From Synechococcus sp. A15-28 (lineage in GTDB: Bacteria > Cyanobacteriota > Cyanobacteriia > PCC-6307 > Cyanobiaceae), in the NCBI RefSeq assembly GCF_014280175.1, contig NZ_CP047931.1, positions 1,920,001 to 1,952,000 on the forward strand: DNA of 32,000 bases, written 5' to 3'. Below, one piece after another: positions 1-7,343 of the stretch; position 1 is the first letter of the stretch, and each line of letters begins with the position of its first letter. The translations under genes were made by a program, and so were the position numbers. The notes under the pieces are model-generated. The model did no database searches, was not told where the DNA came from, and worked only from the letters and a program-made list of their open reading frames with translations.

Positions 1-596
1 GCTGGCGCATCCGCATCAGCGTTGATGGAGACAGCTTTCTGACGGACCACCAAGAAGCGATTTGGCTGAAAGGGAGCGGCAGCCAGGGCACCACTCTCCA
101 GGTGGAGTTGCTGAATGGTCAGGGCGAACCCCTGCAGCCCGTCTTCAACAATCGTCTGGTTCGGTTGGAGGACGGCAGTCGTCACCGGCCCGTCTGGCTG
201 AAGCCCCGCCTGAATGAGGATGAACTGGAGCGCCTAAGCGGAAGTCCCCAGCAGGAGCGAGTCAAACCTGAACCCTCATCGGATGACAGTCCCGAACTGA
301 ACGAAGAAGCCGAACTTGAACCTGAACAAAAGGCAGAGGAAGAAAAAACAGACGTCACTCCTGAGCAAGTCGACACCTCAAGCCAGAATTTCAAATCTGA
401 CCTTGAGCCGGCAACCGTTGAAGAGGCCGACCCAGACCCCGTGATCGCCCCGAGCCAGGAGCCATCGCTGGCCTTGGAGCCCGAACCGGAACCCGTTCCG
501 ATGCACCAATCGGAACCTCTGCTGCGCCCGGAATCCAGCCTGGGAGGATCAGCCCGGGAGCTGCTGAATCCGGATGGACGTCTCAAGCAGCCCTGA
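1..596 (+). CDS. 3' end of a CDS that starts upstream of the window; hypothetical protein with an acidic/Pro-rich low-complexity tail
   Basis: The frame of ORF 102..596 is already open from nt 3 (WRIRISVDGDSFLTDHQEAIWLKGSGSQGTTLQVELLNG...), with stop TGA at 594-596. The C-terminal 110 aa are E/P/S-rich (EPEQKAEEEK, LEPEPEPVP). I recognise no family. Confidence 0.6.
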   Translation, partial: WRIRISVDGDSFLTDHQEAIWLKGSGSQGTTLQVELLNGQGEPLQPVFNNRLVRLEDGSRHRPVWLKPRLNEDELERLSGSPQQERVKPEPSSDDSPELNEEAELEPEQKAEEEKTDVTPEQVDTSSQNFKSDLEPATVEEADPDPVIAPSQEPSLALEPEPEPVPMHQSEPLLRPESSLGGSARELLNPDGRLKQP

Positions 597-703
597 GCCA
601 CTCCCTGCCAGCGCCCGCCCTGACTTCGCCCAAACCACAGACGCATCACTCCGGCATCGGCATCGGCCTGTCCGCCGCCAGCCAACCGCTGCTGGATCGC
701 CTG

Positions 704-2407
704 TTGCAAAGCGGTGAGATCCATAAGTCCTTCCGCGCGGATGGGGCGATCAAAGAGACACTCATCGATCACTGGCGGGAGGGAGAAACCCTCTTGTTCA
801 TTGGCGCGGTCGGGGCCGTGACCCGGCTGATCGCCCCTCTGCTTCAAGGCAAGGAGCAGGATCCAGCCGTTCTTGTCCTCGATCCGAAGGGGCAGTGGGT
901 CATCCCGTTGCTCGGGGGCCACAGCAGCGGCGCCGAGCAACGGGCGCGGGAACTGGCGCAGATGCTGCAGGCCAGCGCCGTACTCACCGGAGCCTGTGCC
1001 ACGGAGCAACGCCTGGCGTTGGATGCCTTCGGTGAGGGCTGGGGCTGGCGGCGTGGTGGCAGCAGCGCTGCCTGGCGGGAGTTGATGCAGAGGCAGGCCT
1101 GCGCAGAGCGATCGACCGTCTCCCAGACCTGTGGCGCCGTCGATTGGCAGCAGCAACACCCATGGCTGGACAGCGCGGCCAGTGCCGCGGACGCGCAGCT
1201 GAGTATCGGCGCCGACAACCTGGCCCCCTGCCGCTGGCATCCCACCAGCCTCTGGCTGGGGGTGGGCTGTGAACGCGACACCAGCCTGGAGCTGGTGCAA
1301 CGGGCGATCAGAGACGTCCTGGATCAGGGGGGACTGGCGGAGGATGCTGTAGCCGGCCTGGCCAGCATCGATCGCAAAGCGGATGAGCCAGCTCTACTGG
1401 CGTTGATCCAGCAACAGCAATGGTGCTTCCGCACCTACGGCGCAACGGATCTGGCATCGGTCACTGTGCCCACCCCATCCGAGGTGGTGCGCGCCGAGAT
1501 GGGAACCGCCTCGGTGGCGGAGGCGGCAGCCCTGCTGGCTGCTGGAGAGGGAGCTGCCCTGCGGCAAAGCAAGGTGATTCGACATGCCGGCCCCGGTGAA
1601 AAGGGTGCAGTCACCGTGGCGGTGGCGGAAGCACGCCTCCCCTTCGCCCCGTCGCGGGGTGAACTGCATCTGATCGGCAGTGGCCCTGGGGATCCGTCCC
1701 TGCTCAGTGGTGATGCCCGCCAGGCCCTCGCCCGCTGCACGGCCTGGGTGGGCTACGGGCTCTATCTCGATCTCCTCGAACCCCTGCGACAGGTGCATCA
1801 GGTACGGCTGGACGGCCAGCTCACCCGCGAATGGGACCGCTGTGCCAAGGCGCTGAGCCTGGCGCAGCAGGGGGCACGGGTCGCCCTGATCTCATCAGGG
1901 GACAGCGGGATTTACGGCATGGCCGGGCTGGCCCTGGAGTTGTGGCTGCAGCAGCCGGAACAGGACCGGCCGACCTTTCAGGTGCATCCGGGTATCTCCG
2001 CGCTGCAGCTGGCGGCAGCCCGGGCGGGAGCCCCCCTGATGCACGACTTCTGCACGGTGAGCCTCAGTGATCGATTGACCCCCTGGCCCGTGATCGAGCA
2101 ACGGCTGCGGGCAGCGGCTTCAGGTGATTTCGTGGTGGCGCTGTACAACCCGCGGTCCAAGGGCCGCGACTGGCAGCTGGCCAGGGCGCGGGAGCTGTTG
2201 CTCGAGCAACGCGATGGCGACACCCCGGTTCTGCTGGCACGGCAACTGGGCCGCAGCGATGAATCGCAGCAGCTGACGGACCTGAACGGCCTGGAGCCGG
2301 ATCACGTGGACATGCTCACAGTGGTGTTGATCGGCAACAGCAGCAGTTACGCCCGCGATGGGCGGATGGTGACCCCGCGGGGATACCCCGGAGCCACACT
2401 TCAGTGA
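704..2407 (+). CDS. cobJ: Bifunctional CbiG (cobalt-precorrin-5A hydrolase-like) / precorrin-3B C17-methyltransferase (CobJ/CbiH) fusion
   Basis: The N-terminal half has CbiG-like strings (TLLFIGAVGAVTRLIAPLLQGKEQDPAVLVLDPKGQWVIPLLGGHSSGAE; LWLGVGCERDTS). The C-terminal half is a tetrapyrrole methylase (ELHLIGSGPGDPSLLSGDARQAL, ALISSGDSGIYGMAGL). TTG 704 is the first ATG/GTG/TTG in frame, but CbiG-like sequence continues upstream, so the start is uncertain. Confidence 0.9.
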   Translation: MQSGEIHKSFRADGAIKETLIDHWREGETLLFIGAVGAVTRLIAPLLQGKEQDPAVLVLDPKGQWVIPLLGGHSSGAEQRARELAQMLQASAVLTGACATEQRLALDAFGEGWGWRRGGSSAAWRELMQRQACAERSTVSQTCGAVDWQQQHPWLDSAASAADAQLSIGADNLAPCRWHPTSLWLGVGCERDTSLELVQRAIRDVLDQGGLAEDAVAGLASIDRKADEPALLALIQQQQWCFRTYGATDLASVTVPTPSEVVRAEMGTASVAEAAALLAAGEGAALRQSKVIRHAGPGEKGAVTVAVAEARLPFAPSRGELHLIGSGPGDPSLLSGDARQALARCTAWVGYGLYLDLLEPLRQVHQVRLDGQLTREWDRCAKALSLAQQGARVALISSGDSGIYGMAGLALELWLQQPEQDRPTFQVHPGISALQLAAARAGAPLMHDFCTVSLSDRLTPWPVIEQRLRAAASGDFVVALYNPRSKGRDWQLARARELLLEQRDGDTPVLLARQLGRSDESQQLTDLNGLEPDHVDMLTVVLIGNSSSYARDGRMVTPRGYPGATLQ

Positions 2408-2429
2408 CCGATGGAAGACCCTCTGCTAG

Positions 2430-2560
2430 GGTTTGCATCTGGTTTCAGCGGGGATCAGCCGCTGATGGAAACGGGGAAAGACCGGTGCAAATCCGTCGCT
2501 GTCCCGCAGCTGTGAACGTCCGGCCCCGCCGGCGTCAGTCAGAACGCCCGCCAGGACCAC
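2430..2560 (+). promoter_or_regulatory. Cobalamin (B12) riboswitch aptamer in the hupE leader
   Basis: Conserved core strings are present: GGGAAAGACCGGTGCAAATCCGT (2474-2496), GCTGTCCCGCAGCTGT (2498-2513) and a B12-box-like AGTCAGAACGCCCGCC (2537-2552). Supporting helices: hairpin CAGCGG/CCGCTG (2446-2464), GC hairpin 2516-2535, and closing helix CTGG 2439-2442 with CCAG 2551-2554. Boundaries are approximate. Confidence 0.85.
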
Positions 2561-2578
2561 CACCGACGAGGATCGACC

Positions 2579-3208
2579 TTGACCAATCTTGTGGCTTCCC
2601 CCAGGCCTCTGCGCCAGGCCGCCGTCTGTTTCTTAGGGCTGTTGTTGATCGCCAGCCCAGCCTTCGCCCACCATCCTTTCGGCATGGGTGACAGCGGCGC
2701 ACTGACCGCCTGGCAGGGACTGCTGAGTGGCCTGGGGCACCCGCTCTTGGGTCCTGACCATCTGCTGTTCCTCTTGGCCCTGGGTTTCGTTGGCTTGCAA
2801 CGTCCTCTGCGCTGGGTGCTGCCACTGCTGGCAGTCGGTCTCGGCGGCAGCGTGCTGTCACAGTTCATCCCCCTGCCCGATGCGGTGGCCCCCTGGGCTG
2901 AAGCCCTCGTCTCCTTCAGCCTGGCGGTGGAAGGCCTGATCGCCCTGAGCATGGCCCAAGCCGCCTGGCTGCTGCCCCTGTTCGGCCTGCATGGCTTCCT
3001 GCTGGGCAGCACCATCGTCGGGGCAGAACCCACCCCTTTGTTCAGCTACTTCCTGGGCCTGCTTGTCGCCCAGGGCAGCCTTTTGCTGCTCATCACCGCC
3101 TTGTCCCAGGGACTGGTGGAACGTCTGGGAGCCCAGGGCCAGCGGCTCGGTGCCGGCATCTGGATCGGCATCGGCATGGCCTTCGCCTGGGTGGCCCTGA
3201 TCGACTGA
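2579..3208 (+). CDS. hupE: HupE/UreJ-family metal (predicted cobalt/nickel) permease
   Basis: Signal peptide ...LLLIASPAFA, then HHPFG and the family signature GLGHPLLGPDHLLFLLALG. The remainder is multi-pass hydrophobic. TTG 2579 lies 6 nt after GAGGA (2568-2572); GTG 2591 is an alternative start. Confidence 0.85.
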   Translation: MTNLVASPRPLRQAAVCFLGLLLIASPAFAHHPFGMGDSGALTAWQGLLSGLGHPLLGPDHLLFLLALGFVGLQRPLRWVLPLLAVGLGGSVLSQFIPLPDAVAPWAEALVSFSLAVEGLIALSMAQAAWLLPLFGLHGFLLGSTIVGAEPTPLFSYFLGLLVAQGSLLLLITALSQGLVERLGAQGQRLGAGIWIGIGMAFAWVALID

Positions 3209-3216
3209 TCAACGCC

Positions 3217-4734
3217 ATGAGGTCTTGCCTTGCCATCAAGCTCGCCGCGCCCTTGGCCGCTGCGGCGTTGTGGTCGCTGTCCGGTCCGCCCCCGGCCAGG
3301 GCTCAGCTGAGCAACGTCAGTCAATTCACCGACGTAATGCCCACGGATTGGGCTTATCAGGCTCTGGCCAACCTGGTAGAGCAGTACGGCTGTGTGGCCG
3401 GATACCCCAACGGCACCTTCCGTGGCAACCGGGCCATGACCCGCTACGAGGCGGCTGCCCTGCTCAACGCTTGCCTCGATCGGATCACCGAGGTGACCGA
3501 TGAGCTCAAGAAGCTGATTTATGAGTTCGAGAAGGAACTCGCCATCATCCGCGGCAAAGTCGACGGTCTGGAAGCTCGCGTCGGCGAACTGGAAGCCACC
3601 CAGTTCGCAACCACCACCAAACTCAGTGGTCTCGCCACATTTGTGGTCGGGGCGAACCACTTTTCAGGCTCTGACGCTGCCTTGGTCGATCAAAACAACC
3701 AGAGTTTCGGCGCCACCACGTTCAACAACGATCTTCAGCTGATCCTGGAGACCAGCTTCACCGGCAAGGATCAACTCACCACCACGCTGCGGGCCGGCAA
3801 CTTCAGCGGCGAATCACCCTTTGGGGGAGGGGGGCCCAGCAGCCTGGCCATGCTTGGCAATGCATCCCAGGGGGATGGCGGGCCCAACCACCTGTTCATC
3901 GACAAACTCTTCTACAGCTTTCCCGTCGGCGATAGCATCACCGTGACGGTGGGACCGAATGTTGGCCAGGACGACATGCTGCCGATCTGGCCGACCTTCT
4001 ACAACAGTCTACCGATTCTGGATGCCCTCACCCTGAATGGAGGACTGGCCGCCTACAACAAAAACCAGGGTCCCGGTGCAGGAATCTCCTGGGTTCCAGC
4101 AGGTGGATTCCATGTCACGGCCAACTACGTGGCGGCCAACGGAGCCGAGGCCAACAGCGACATCGGCGGCCTGGCCACGGACCATGCCGGCGGCACGGGA
4201 ACCGTTCAGCTGGGCTGGGAAGCGGATGGCTGGGCGATTGCCGGCATCTACTCCAAGATCCAAAACGGCAACGATCTGATCGCCTACGCCACCCCATTCA
4301 CCCAGGACCAGTTGGGGCAAGCGGGCGACACCCACGCCTTCGGATTGAGCGGGGCGTGGCAGCCGACGGAAACGCATTGGATCCCCTCCATATCGGTTGG
4401 ATGGGGCATCAACAACAGCGACAGCCAGCGAAAAGGTCAGGTCACCACCAGCCAGTCCTGGAGTGTTGGGCTGACCTGGGATGACGCATTCGCCGAGGGC
4501 AACAGCGCCGGCATGGCCGTGGGCCAGCCGGTATTCGCTACCGCATTACGGGGAGGAGACACCCCGAACGATGGCAATTACCTGTGGGAATGGTGGTATC
4601 AGTTCCAGATCAGCGATGCCATCAGCGTGACCCCGGCGTTGATCTATTTCTCGCGCCCGATGGGGCAAAACACCCCTTCGGGCCAGTCCTTCAGCCAGCT
4701 GGGTGGTCTTGTGATGACCACCTTCAGCTTCTGA
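3217..4734 (+). CDS. Cyanobacterial outer-membrane porin: N-terminal SLH domain, coiled coil and OprB-like beta-barrel
   Basis: Signal peptide ending PPPARA/QL. SLH motif FTDVMPTDWAYQALANLVEQYGCVAGYPNGTFRGNRAMTRYEAAALL. Heptad linker ELKKLIYEFEKELAIIRGKVDGLEARVGELE. Gly/Asn/Thr-rich barrel ending in a C-terminal Phe (TTFSF). Confidence 0.9.
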   Translation: MRSCLAIKLAAPLAAAALWSLSGPPPARAQLSNVSQFTDVMPTDWAYQALANLVEQYGCVAGYPNGTFRGNRAMTRYEAAALLNACLDRITEVTDELKKLIYEFEKELAIIRGKVDGLEARVGELEATQFATTTKLSGLATFVVGANHFSGSDAALVDQNNQSFGATTFNNDLQLILETSFTGKDQLTTTLRAGNFSGESPFGGGGPSSLAMLGNASQGDGGPNHLFIDKLFYSFPVGDSITVTVGPNVGQDDMLPIWPTFYNSLPILDALTLNGGLAAYNKNQGPGAGISWVPAGGFHVTANYVAANGAEANSDIGGLATDHAGGTGTVQLGWEADGWAIAGIYSKIQNGNDLIAYATPFTQDQLGQAGDTHAFGLSGAWQPTETHWIPSISVGWGINNSDSQRKGQVTTSQSWSVGLTWDDAFAEGNSAGMAVGQPVFATALRGGDTPNDGNYLWEWWYQFQISDAISVTPALIYFSRPMGQNTPSGQSFSQLGGLVMTTFSF

Positions 4735-4740
4735 GGCCCA

Positions 4741-5048
4741 CTAACCCTGGGCCGAAGCGATTTTCGCCTCAGCGGAGACGAATTCCTCATCGCATAGAGC
4801 AGGAATGACCTCCACGGTGATTCCAAAAGCTTTGGTCCAGGGGCCGGTGAACTGATACACGTGCCACATGCTGTGGGCTTCGACAATCTGGCAGCCACCG
4901 CCTTCCTGAGGGAAAAACACTCCTCGAGAATCTTGAAGCCCTCGAACTCATCCATGGGGGTTCCGTTGTTGATGTAATCGACAACGGCCTTGGTGTATTC
5001 AGGGTCCATGCCAGCGTTGGGCGTAGACCAGTTGATGACAAAGCGCAT
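4741..5048 (-). pseudogene. Frameshifted small conserved gene (about 102 aa if repaired; resembles DUF3303-type proteins from memory)
   Basis: ATG at 5048 reads MRFVINWSTPNAGMDPEYTKAVVDYINNGTPMDEFEGFKILE. That frame then degenerates into R/S/P-rich sequence that overlaps the porin gene. A different frame from about 4920 reads VFFPQEGGGCQIVEAHSMWHVYQFTGPWTKAFGITVEVIPALCDEEFVSAEAKIASAQG, with stop at 4741-4743. The span is 308 nt, one short of a multiple of 3. Confidence 0.55.
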
Positions 5049-5090
5049 GGCGTAGGCGGCTCAAGGCCTGCAACCATGCTCCATTCGCAA

Positions 5091-5108
5091 GAGATCACAG
5101 GTGATCTC
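5091..5108. promoter_or_regulatory. 8-2-8 inverted repeat GAGATCAC-AG-GTGATCTC in a divergent intergenic region (possible operator)
   Basis: The arms are perfect 8-nt inverted repeats, read directly from the sequence. It lies 43 nt from the minus-strand ATG at 5048 and 33 nt from the plus-strand ATG at 5141. A 2-nt spacer is too short for an RNA hairpin loop. Confidence 0.3.
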
Positions 5109-5140
5109 AAACACAGCCATGACACTGTCCCTGCGATCCC

Positions 5141-5749
5141 ATGCGAGATGAGTTATCGGATCTCTTGGGCCAACCCGTGGTGCTGGCGGGACGGTTGAAC
5201 CGCTGCGAGCCCAATGCCATCGGCAGTCTGAACGTTTGCCTCAAAGCGGTGGATGTTTATCCATGGCGAACCGATGTCGCCATCAGTGCCCTAACACCGG
5301 TGCGCATCGACCACGGCTGGCTGCAGATGTCCAACCTGGAACATGCACTGGGGGGCCCTGTGGAGATGTACTGGATGACCGCCGAGGTCACCAACTATCA
5401 ACGTCGCAATGGCAGTCGAGACATTGGTTTTCGCCATCGACCATCACTGTGCATCGATCATCTACTCAACACAATTCTCGGCACCCCTACAAATAGCCAA
5501 CAACATGCGGCCATTGTGAATGCGCTCAACAGAATTCAAAACAGCAATCATCTATTTGGCTTCCATTACAACCCAGTTCATATTCAAGAAATACTGGAAA
5601 TCGCTCTCAAAAATCCCAGTGGTATCGAAGAGGACAGTTTAAAAACGTTTCTCCAAGCACAGGTCGCCGCAATCAAACAATTCGCCAAGACTGATGAGGG
5701 CAAACGAAACCATTCATCAACAGCGCTGGGATTTCATGCCGATGCTTAA
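5141..5749 (+). CDS. Hypothetical protein (202 aa), no family recognised
   Basis: Longest ORF in the islet, with an ATG start and protein-like composition. GC drops sharply within the gene (see findings). Stop TAA at 5747-5749. Confidence 0.6.
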   Translation: MRDELSDLLGQPVVLAGRLNRCEPNAIGSLNVCLKAVDVYPWRTDVAISALTPVRIDHGWLQMSNLEHALGGPVEMYWMTAEVTNYQRRNGSRDIGFRHRPSLCIDHLLNTILGTPTNSQQHAAIVNALNRIQNSNHLFGFHYNPVHIQEILEIALKNPSGIEEDSLKTFLQAQVAAIKQFAKTDEGKRNHSSTALGFHADA

Positions 5750-5957
5750 GACCAAGCCGACCACAAACACAAAACCACGCTCCCAGAAGAGTGAGTGGGT
5801 CACCAAAACCACTGTGATCACCGTTCTGATCTGCAGCGTGGGAGTTGGCATCTGGATCAACAACACGGCCTGGCGCAATCGCAAATTGCTCTGGCAACTG
5901 CAAGCGGCGGTGCTCGGCGGAGGTGTGGGATTTGTCGTCGGTCGGTTCAGCCGTTAA
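5736..5957 (+). CDS. Hypothetical small membrane protein (73 aa from ATG 5736; 87 aa from ATG 5694)
   Basis: Basic N-terminus [21 protein letters not shown], followed by two hydrophobic segments ([17 protein letters not shown]; [13 protein letters not shown]). ATG 5736 lies 14 nt before the stop of the preceding ORF. The start choice is uncertain. Confidence 0.45.
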   Translation: MPMLKTKPTTNTKPRSQKSEWVTKTTVITVLICSVGVGIWINNTAWRNRKLLWQLQAAVLGGGVGFVVGRFSR

Positions 5958-5999
5958 CAACTTCAACGCAACCGACCAATGGTTCCTTCAACCAGCCAA

Positions 6000-6073
6000 T
6001 CGGGATGACAGGATTCGAACCTGCGGCCCCTTCGTCCCGAACGAAGTGCGCTACCAAGCTGCGCCACATCCCG
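6000..6073 (-). tRNA. tRNA-Pro, anticodon CGG
   Basis: The reverse complement folds as a cloverleaf. Acceptor stem CGGGATG/CATCCCG. D stem GCGC/GCGC with loop AGCTTGGTA. Anticodon stem CTTCG/CGAAG with loop TTCGGGA (anticodon CGG). T arm GCAGG-TTCGAAT-CCTGT. Discriminator A; CCA is not encoded. Confidence 0.93.
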
Positions 6074-6172
6074 TTGATCCCAATGTAGAAGACAGGCCGC
6101 CGCCGAACAGCCCCGCGACGAGCACGGATTCACGCCCCATTGTCTAGGGTAATACATTGATCCCGTTCAGCC

Positions 6173-7042
6173 GTGCTCAAGCCCGAGTGGTTGCGCGTCA
6201 AAGCACCGCAGCGGGAGCGCATCGGCGCCGTTGCTGATCTCCTGCTCGACCTCAACCTGAACACGGTCTGCCAGGAAGCCAGCTGCCCCAACATCGGCGA
6301 ATGCTTCGCCGGTGGCACCGCCACCTTTCTGATAATGGGGCCGGGCTGCACCCGCGCCTGCCCCTACTGCGACATCGATTTCGACAAGAGCGTCCGTGCG
6401 CTCGACCCCACGGAACCGGAACGGCTCGGCGAGGCGGTGGCGCGCCTGGGCCTCAAGCATGTGGTGATCACCTCGGTGAACCGCGACGATCTCGCCGACG
6501 GTGGTGCCTCCCAGTTCGTGGCCTGCATCGAACAGGTGAAACAGCGCTCACCGCTCACCACGATCGAGCTGCTGATCCCCGATTTCTGCGGCAACTGGGA
6601 TGCCCTGAATGTGGTGATGGCCGCCGCACCTCACGTGCTGAACCACAACATCGAAACGGTGCCGCGGATGTACCGGCTGGCCCGCCCCCAGGGCATCTAC
6701 GAGCGGTCCCTGGAGCTGCTGCAGCGGGTGCGCCAAGGCTGGCCAAGCGCCTACAGCAAATCCGGCCTGATGGTGGGGCTCAGTGAAACCGACGACGAAG
6801 TGATCGAGGTGCTGCGCGACCTGCGCGCCCATCGGGTGGACATCGTCACCATCGGGCAATACCTCTCCCCCGGCCCCAAGCACCTGGCGGTGGATCGTTT
6901 CGTAACGCCCGAGCAGTTCGACACCTATCGCCGCATCGGTGAAGAGGAGCTGGGCTTTCTCCAGGTGGTGAGCACACCGCTCACCCGCAGCAGCTATCAC
7001 GCCGGTGAGGTGCAGCGGCTCATGGCCAGCCATCCCCGCTGA
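6173..7042 (+). CDS. lipA: Lipoyl synthase
   Basis: [11 protein letters not shown]-terminus, auxiliary cluster motif [12 protein letters not shown], and radical SAM motif [14 protein letters not shown] start at 6173. Confidence 0.95.
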   Translation: MLKPEWLRVKAPQRERIGAVADLLLDLNLNTVCQEASCPNIGECFAGGTATFLIMGPGCTRACPYCDIDFDKSVRALDPTEPERLGEAVARLGLKHVVITSVNRDDLADGGASQFVACIEQVKQRSPLTTIELLIPDFCGNWDALNVVMAAAPHVLNHNIETVPRMYRLARPQGIYERSLELLQRVRQGWPSAYSKSGLMVGLSETDDEVIEVLRDLRAHRVDIVTIGQYLSPGPKHLAVDRFVTPEQFDTYRRIGEEELGFLQVVSTPLTRSSYHAGEVQRLMASHPR

Positions 7043-7328
7043 CAGGGATCCATTCCTGCAACGTCCAGCTCACCAGGCCCGCCTGAATCATCGGGTCCTG
7101 CTGCACCCACTCCAGGGCTTCAGTGAAGGAGGCAGCCTCAAAGATCAACAAGCCTCCGCCACCGGGGCGCCGCTGGGCATCCACCAGAAAACCGCTGCGG
7201 ATGCGCCGACCCGCCTTGGCTTCCTGCTCCACCCAAGCGCGGTGAGCCTCCAGATAAGGCCTCCGCTGTGCGAGAGCTAAGTCGGCTGTTTCAGCCGTGA
7301 ATGTTTCGTGCTTGACGAACCAGGCCAT
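7020..7328 (-). CDS. YciI-family protein
   Basis: 102 aa. The pattern [10 protein letters not shown]...[12 protein letters not shown]...GFLVD...[28 protein letters not shown] is typical of YciI-like proteins. It starts 15 nt downstream of the glsF stop on the same strand. Confidence 0.7.
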   Translation of the reverse strand: MAWFVKHETFTAETADLALAQRRPYLEAHRAWVEQEAKAGRRIRSGFLVDAQRRPGGGGLLIFEAASFTEALEWVQQDPMIQAGLVSWTLQEWIPVSGDGWP

Positions 7329-7343
7329 GGAGCGGCGGCCCGT

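Noticed and set aside
182-1300. 372-aa minus-strand ORF spanning the end of the first CDS, the intergenic gap and the start of cbiG/cobJ
   Set aside because: It is antisense to two well-supported genes, has a Gly/Arg/Ser/Ala-rich low-information composition and crosses a real intergenic region. It is a typical shadow ORF of a high-GC3 genome.
4478-4485. GGGATGAC inside the porin gene, matching the 3' acceptor region of tRNA-Pro (6002-6009), considered as a possible att-like direct repeat delimiting an island
   Set aside because: It is only 8 nt, which is expected by chance in 32 kb on two strands. It lies inside a core-looking porin gene. I saw no longer repeat of the tRNA 3' end.
4644-5125. 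Track ORFs 4644..5048 (134 aa) and 4787..5125 (112 aa) taken at face value
   Set aside because: Only the first ~42 codons of the 134-aa ORF look protein-like. The rest overlaps the porin gene. The 112-aa ORF is an out-of-frame overlap. A frameshifted ~102-aa gene (4741..5048) explains the region better.
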